Source: an uncultured Asticcacaulis sp. (GTDB lineage Bacteria; Pseudomonadota; Alphaproteobacteria; Caulobacterales; Caulobacteraceae). Taken from it: 64,000 bases of DNA. Made by a program: the position numbers and the translations under genes. Where the stretch lies: contig CAKZJB010000081.1 of NCBI GenBank assembly GCA_936940865.1, positions 6,899 to 70,898 of the forward strand, given 5' to 3'. This document shows positions 61,682 through 64,000 of this stretch, piece by piece (the first letter of the stretch is position 1; each line of letters starts with the position of its first letter). The notes beneath the pieces are model-generated. The model saw nothing but the letters and a program-made list of their open reading frames with translations, was not told the DNA's origin and did no database searches.

Positions 61682-63115
61682 CTATGCCGGCCGGGCAAAG
61701 TCATCGCCTTCAACTTGCCACGTAATCGTTGCCGGATCAATCTCGGCCTGTGCAATGGCAACGGAAACGGTTGCATCGGAAACATCCGCCGTCCGCGCCG
61801 CCACGCGGCGGGCGCGCTCCTCGGCCGGAAGGGCAAGCCAAAGTCCCCCGAAGGCCACCCCTCTGGATCGAGCTGCGGATTCGGCGGCTTCGCGGTACGA
61901 CGGCTCGCGGAATGTCGCATCGAAGACGACCGCCTGGCCGGCGGCCAATACCATGTCCCCCAGCGCGAACATATGCGCGTATGTCCGCGCGGTCTCCTCG
62001 GGCGCATAGGCCGCCTTGGGCAACGGCTCACGCGACGGATGACGCCACAGACGTTTGCGCAACTCGTCGCTGCGCAAGACCACGGCGCCCGGCGCCCTTC
62101 CCCGCTCCGGTGCAAGGGCGCGGGCCCGCGTACTTTTTCCCGAGCCGGACAGGCCGCCGATGGCGAGAACACTGGCCGGCACCGCCTTGAGGAATTCGCG
62201 CGCCGCCGACAGATACATGCGCGCCGAGTCGAGCTCTCCGGCATGGGCCGTGACATGACACCGGACCCCGGCGCGAACCGACATATAAAGCGGCAGCAGG
62301 CACAGCCCGCTATAAAGCGCCCCCTCCTCGACGCCGCGCGCGGCACGTTCCAGCCACGCATTGAGCACCCGGCTGGCGGCCGCCCTGTACCCCTTCACCC
62401 ACAGGTCCATCAGCAGGAAACCAAGATCATACAACAGATCGATCTGGCTCAGTTTCTCGTTGAACTCTATGCAATCGAACAGGACCGGCCGTCCCTTCTC
62501 GATCAGGATATTGCCGAGATGCAGGTCGCCGTGGCAGCGGCGGATGAAACCCTGCCCGAAACGGGCCGCGACAGGCGCCGACTGGCGTGCAAACTCGGCA
62601 TAGAGTTCATTGTGGTAGGCGTCGACCTCCGCGCCCCCCAGGGCGTCGCGGAAACGGCAGATATTGGCGTCGTTCGAATCGATCGTATAGCGGATATTTT
62701 CCGCGTGATCCGGATCGCGGCAGATCTCGGCGCCGGCATGGAAGTCGGCGATCGCCTCGCCCAAGTACTCCATGAGGCCCAGATCCGGCGTCCAGCCGGG
62801 CCGGGCCGCGCTTTCCGCAAGCACGCAGGCCGTATCGAAACGCCGCATGACCAGCACGCTTTCGCCGTCGATCTCGATCACCTCGTCATAGATATCGGCC
62901 GCCGTGCGGCGATTGTAGCGCAATTCGGCTTCGAGGGCGCGGCGGCGCTTGCCGGCATCGGTAAAATCGAGAAAGCCGTAATCGACGCTTTTCTTCACCT
63001 TGTAGGCCTTGTCGCCCTTGAGCACGACCGTAGCGCAGCTGGTTTCGATGACGCGATCGGCGTCCTGACGCAGGATATTGAGGGCGTGTTCAAGCGACAC
63101 GGCGTTGTCCGTCAT
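61682..63115 (-). CDS. Bifunctional APH-type phosphotransferase / P-loop kinase-like protein
   Basis: APH catalytic loop CHGDLHLGNIL in the N-terminal half and Walker A GGLSGSGKST in the C-terminal half. Confidence 0.75.
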   Translation of the reverse strand: MTDNAVSLEHALNILRQDADRVIETSCATVVLKGDKAYKVKKSVDYGFLDFTDAGKRRRALEAELRYNRRTAADIYDEVIEIDGESVLVMRRFDTACVLAESAARPGWTPDLGLMEYLGEAIADFHAGAEICRDPDHAENIRYTIDSNDANICRFRDALGGAEVDAYHNELYAEFARQSAPVAARFGQGFIRRCHGDLHLGNILIEKGRPVLFDCIEFNEKLSQIDLLYDLGFLLMDLWVKGYRAAASRVLNAWLERAARGVEEGALYSGLCLLPLYMSVRAGVRCHVTAHAGELDSARMYLSAAREFLKAVPASVLAIGGLSGSGKSTRARALAPERGRAPGAVVLRSDELRKRLWRHPSREPLPKAAYAPEETARTYAHMFALGDMVLAAGQAVVFDATFREPSYREAAESAARSRGVAFGGLWLALPAEERARRVAARTADVSDATVSVAIAQAEIDPATITWQVEGDDFARPA

Positions 63116-63166
63116 GTTGGGAAGACGTATCCGACTAGGCGTATTTCAATTCCTTGGCAACAGGGC

Positions 63167-63829
63167 TCAGGGGAAAAGCTTGCCGCGCGCCCACGGGCCA
63201 CGGGCTTCGGCGCGTGAGAACAGCACGCGGTCATGCAGGCGGAACGGCCGGTCGCGCCAGAATTCGATGCTGAGCGGCGCCACCCGGAATCCGGTCCAGT
63301 GCGAAGGGCGCTCGATCTTCCCCAGGCCGAATTTCAGGGCGAATTCCGCGACGCGCTTTTCCAGCGCGAAACGATCCGGCAGAGGCCGCGACTGATCGGA
63401 CGCCCAGGCGCCTATTTGGCTCTGGCGGGCGCGGCTCTGGAAATAGGCGTCGGCTTCGGCATCGGAAACCGTCGTCACCTCTCCCCGCACCCGCACTTGC
63501 CGGCGCAAGGACTTCCAGTGAAACAGCAGCGCCGCCTTACCGCTCCCCAGCAGTTGGCGGCCCTTGGCGCTCTGGGTGTTGGTATAAAAGACGAAACCGT
63601 CCTCGTCGAAATCCTTCAGCAGCACCATACGCACATCGGGCATGCCGTCCGCGCCAACGGTTGACAGAGCCATGGCGTTCGGATCGTTGGGTTCGCTTGC
63701 GCGCGCGTCGGCAAGCCATTGACCGAAAAGGGCAAACGGCTCAGACGCATCGATTTCGGCCTCGTGCTCCGCGTGCGCCTTTTCATACTCGGCTTCGGAC
63801 GGTGACGGCGGGATCAGGGGCGTGGACAT
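63167..63829 (-). CDS. pdxH: Pyridoxamine 5'-phosphate oxidase
   Basis: MALSTV..DG.P..RMVLLK, RQVRV.G, and C-terminal [17 protein letters not shown]...W.R.KLFP are classic PdxH signatures. Confidence 0.9.
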   Translation of the reverse strand: MSTPLIPPSPSEAEYEKAHAEHEAEIDASEPFALFGQWLADARASEPNDPNAMALSTVGADGMPDVRMVLLKDFDEDGFVFYTNTQSAKGRQLLGSGKAALLFHWKSLRRQVRVRGEVTTVSDAEADAYFQSRARQSQIGAWASDQSRPLPDRFALEKRVAEFALKFGLGKIERPSHWTGFRVAPLSIEFWRDRPFRLHDRVLFSRAEARGPWARGKLFP

Positions 63830-63904
63830 GGTTAGCGGCCTTTAAGACTTTGCAAACGCGTCGTCCGCCATAACGGATTTCGTCCCGTCACGAAAGCGGC
63901 GAAG

Positions 63905-64000
63905 CATGGATACCGACCCGATTTCCGACCTGCCCCTTACCCATCCCGACGCCATGGCGCGCATCGATGCCCTGGCTGAACTCGGCCTGTCCGACGGCGC
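63905..64000 (+). CDS. 5' end of an unidentified ORF (runs off the right edge)
   Basis: ATG 63905, MDTDPISDLPLTHPDAMARIDALAELGLSDG... Only 32 codons are visible and no family can be assigned. Confidence 0.3.

Overview
This is a 64-kb high-GC alphaproteobacterial chromosomal segment. Synteny points to Caulobacterales (Caulobacter/Asticcacaulis-like): a flagellin locus ordered FlaEY-like, three flagellins with flaG, flaF and flbT, divergent from an FlbA-like TPR gene; sigma54 promoters with ftr-like dyads; a TTAA-N7-TTAA CtrA-type box; and a Wza-like gene divergent from a PCP, ATPase-like and Wzy-like block arranged like hfsD|hfsABC. I saw no transposase, integrase, CRISPR array, rRNA or recognisable phage or defence genes. 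Blocks from left to right: soluble MCP (partial), esterase, fadBA, a D-galactonate operon (dgoD, lactonase, dgoK, dgoA), the hfs-like polysaccharide export locus with a tandem-TetR regulator, three secreted low-complexity proteins behind AT-rich promoters, a probable yybP-ykoY (Mn) riboswitch ahead of a CaCA transporter and a ferredoxin, GntR, ssb, the flagellin locus, uspA, an HD plus NrtR-like pair, a BON/OmpA operon, two paralogous REC-REC regulators, yaaA, a macro-domain protein, sua5, a cytochrome b561-YceI fusion, an acyl-CoA dehydrogenase, a trypsin-like protease, oligopeptidase B, a GNAT, tRNA-Gln, a hydrolase plus MEKHLA pair, trhO, sppA, a low-GC TPR-sulfotransferase, a TonB-dependent receptor, a DUF1499-like protein, an APH/P-loop kinase and pdxH. 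Intergenic DNA carries several families of nested palindromic (MITE/REP-like) repeats, and most of the odd ORFs in the six-frame track are translations of these. I did not find an unambiguous new multi-gene system. The best leads are a frameshifted flbT, the riboswitch-CaCA-ferredoxin unit, a palindromic operator shared by fadAB and the acyl-CoA dehydrogenase, the repeat families, the secreted disordered-protein cluster, the REC-REC pair and the low-GC sulfotransferase/TBDR unit. All calls come from reading the sequence and from remembered family signatures; no searches were run.
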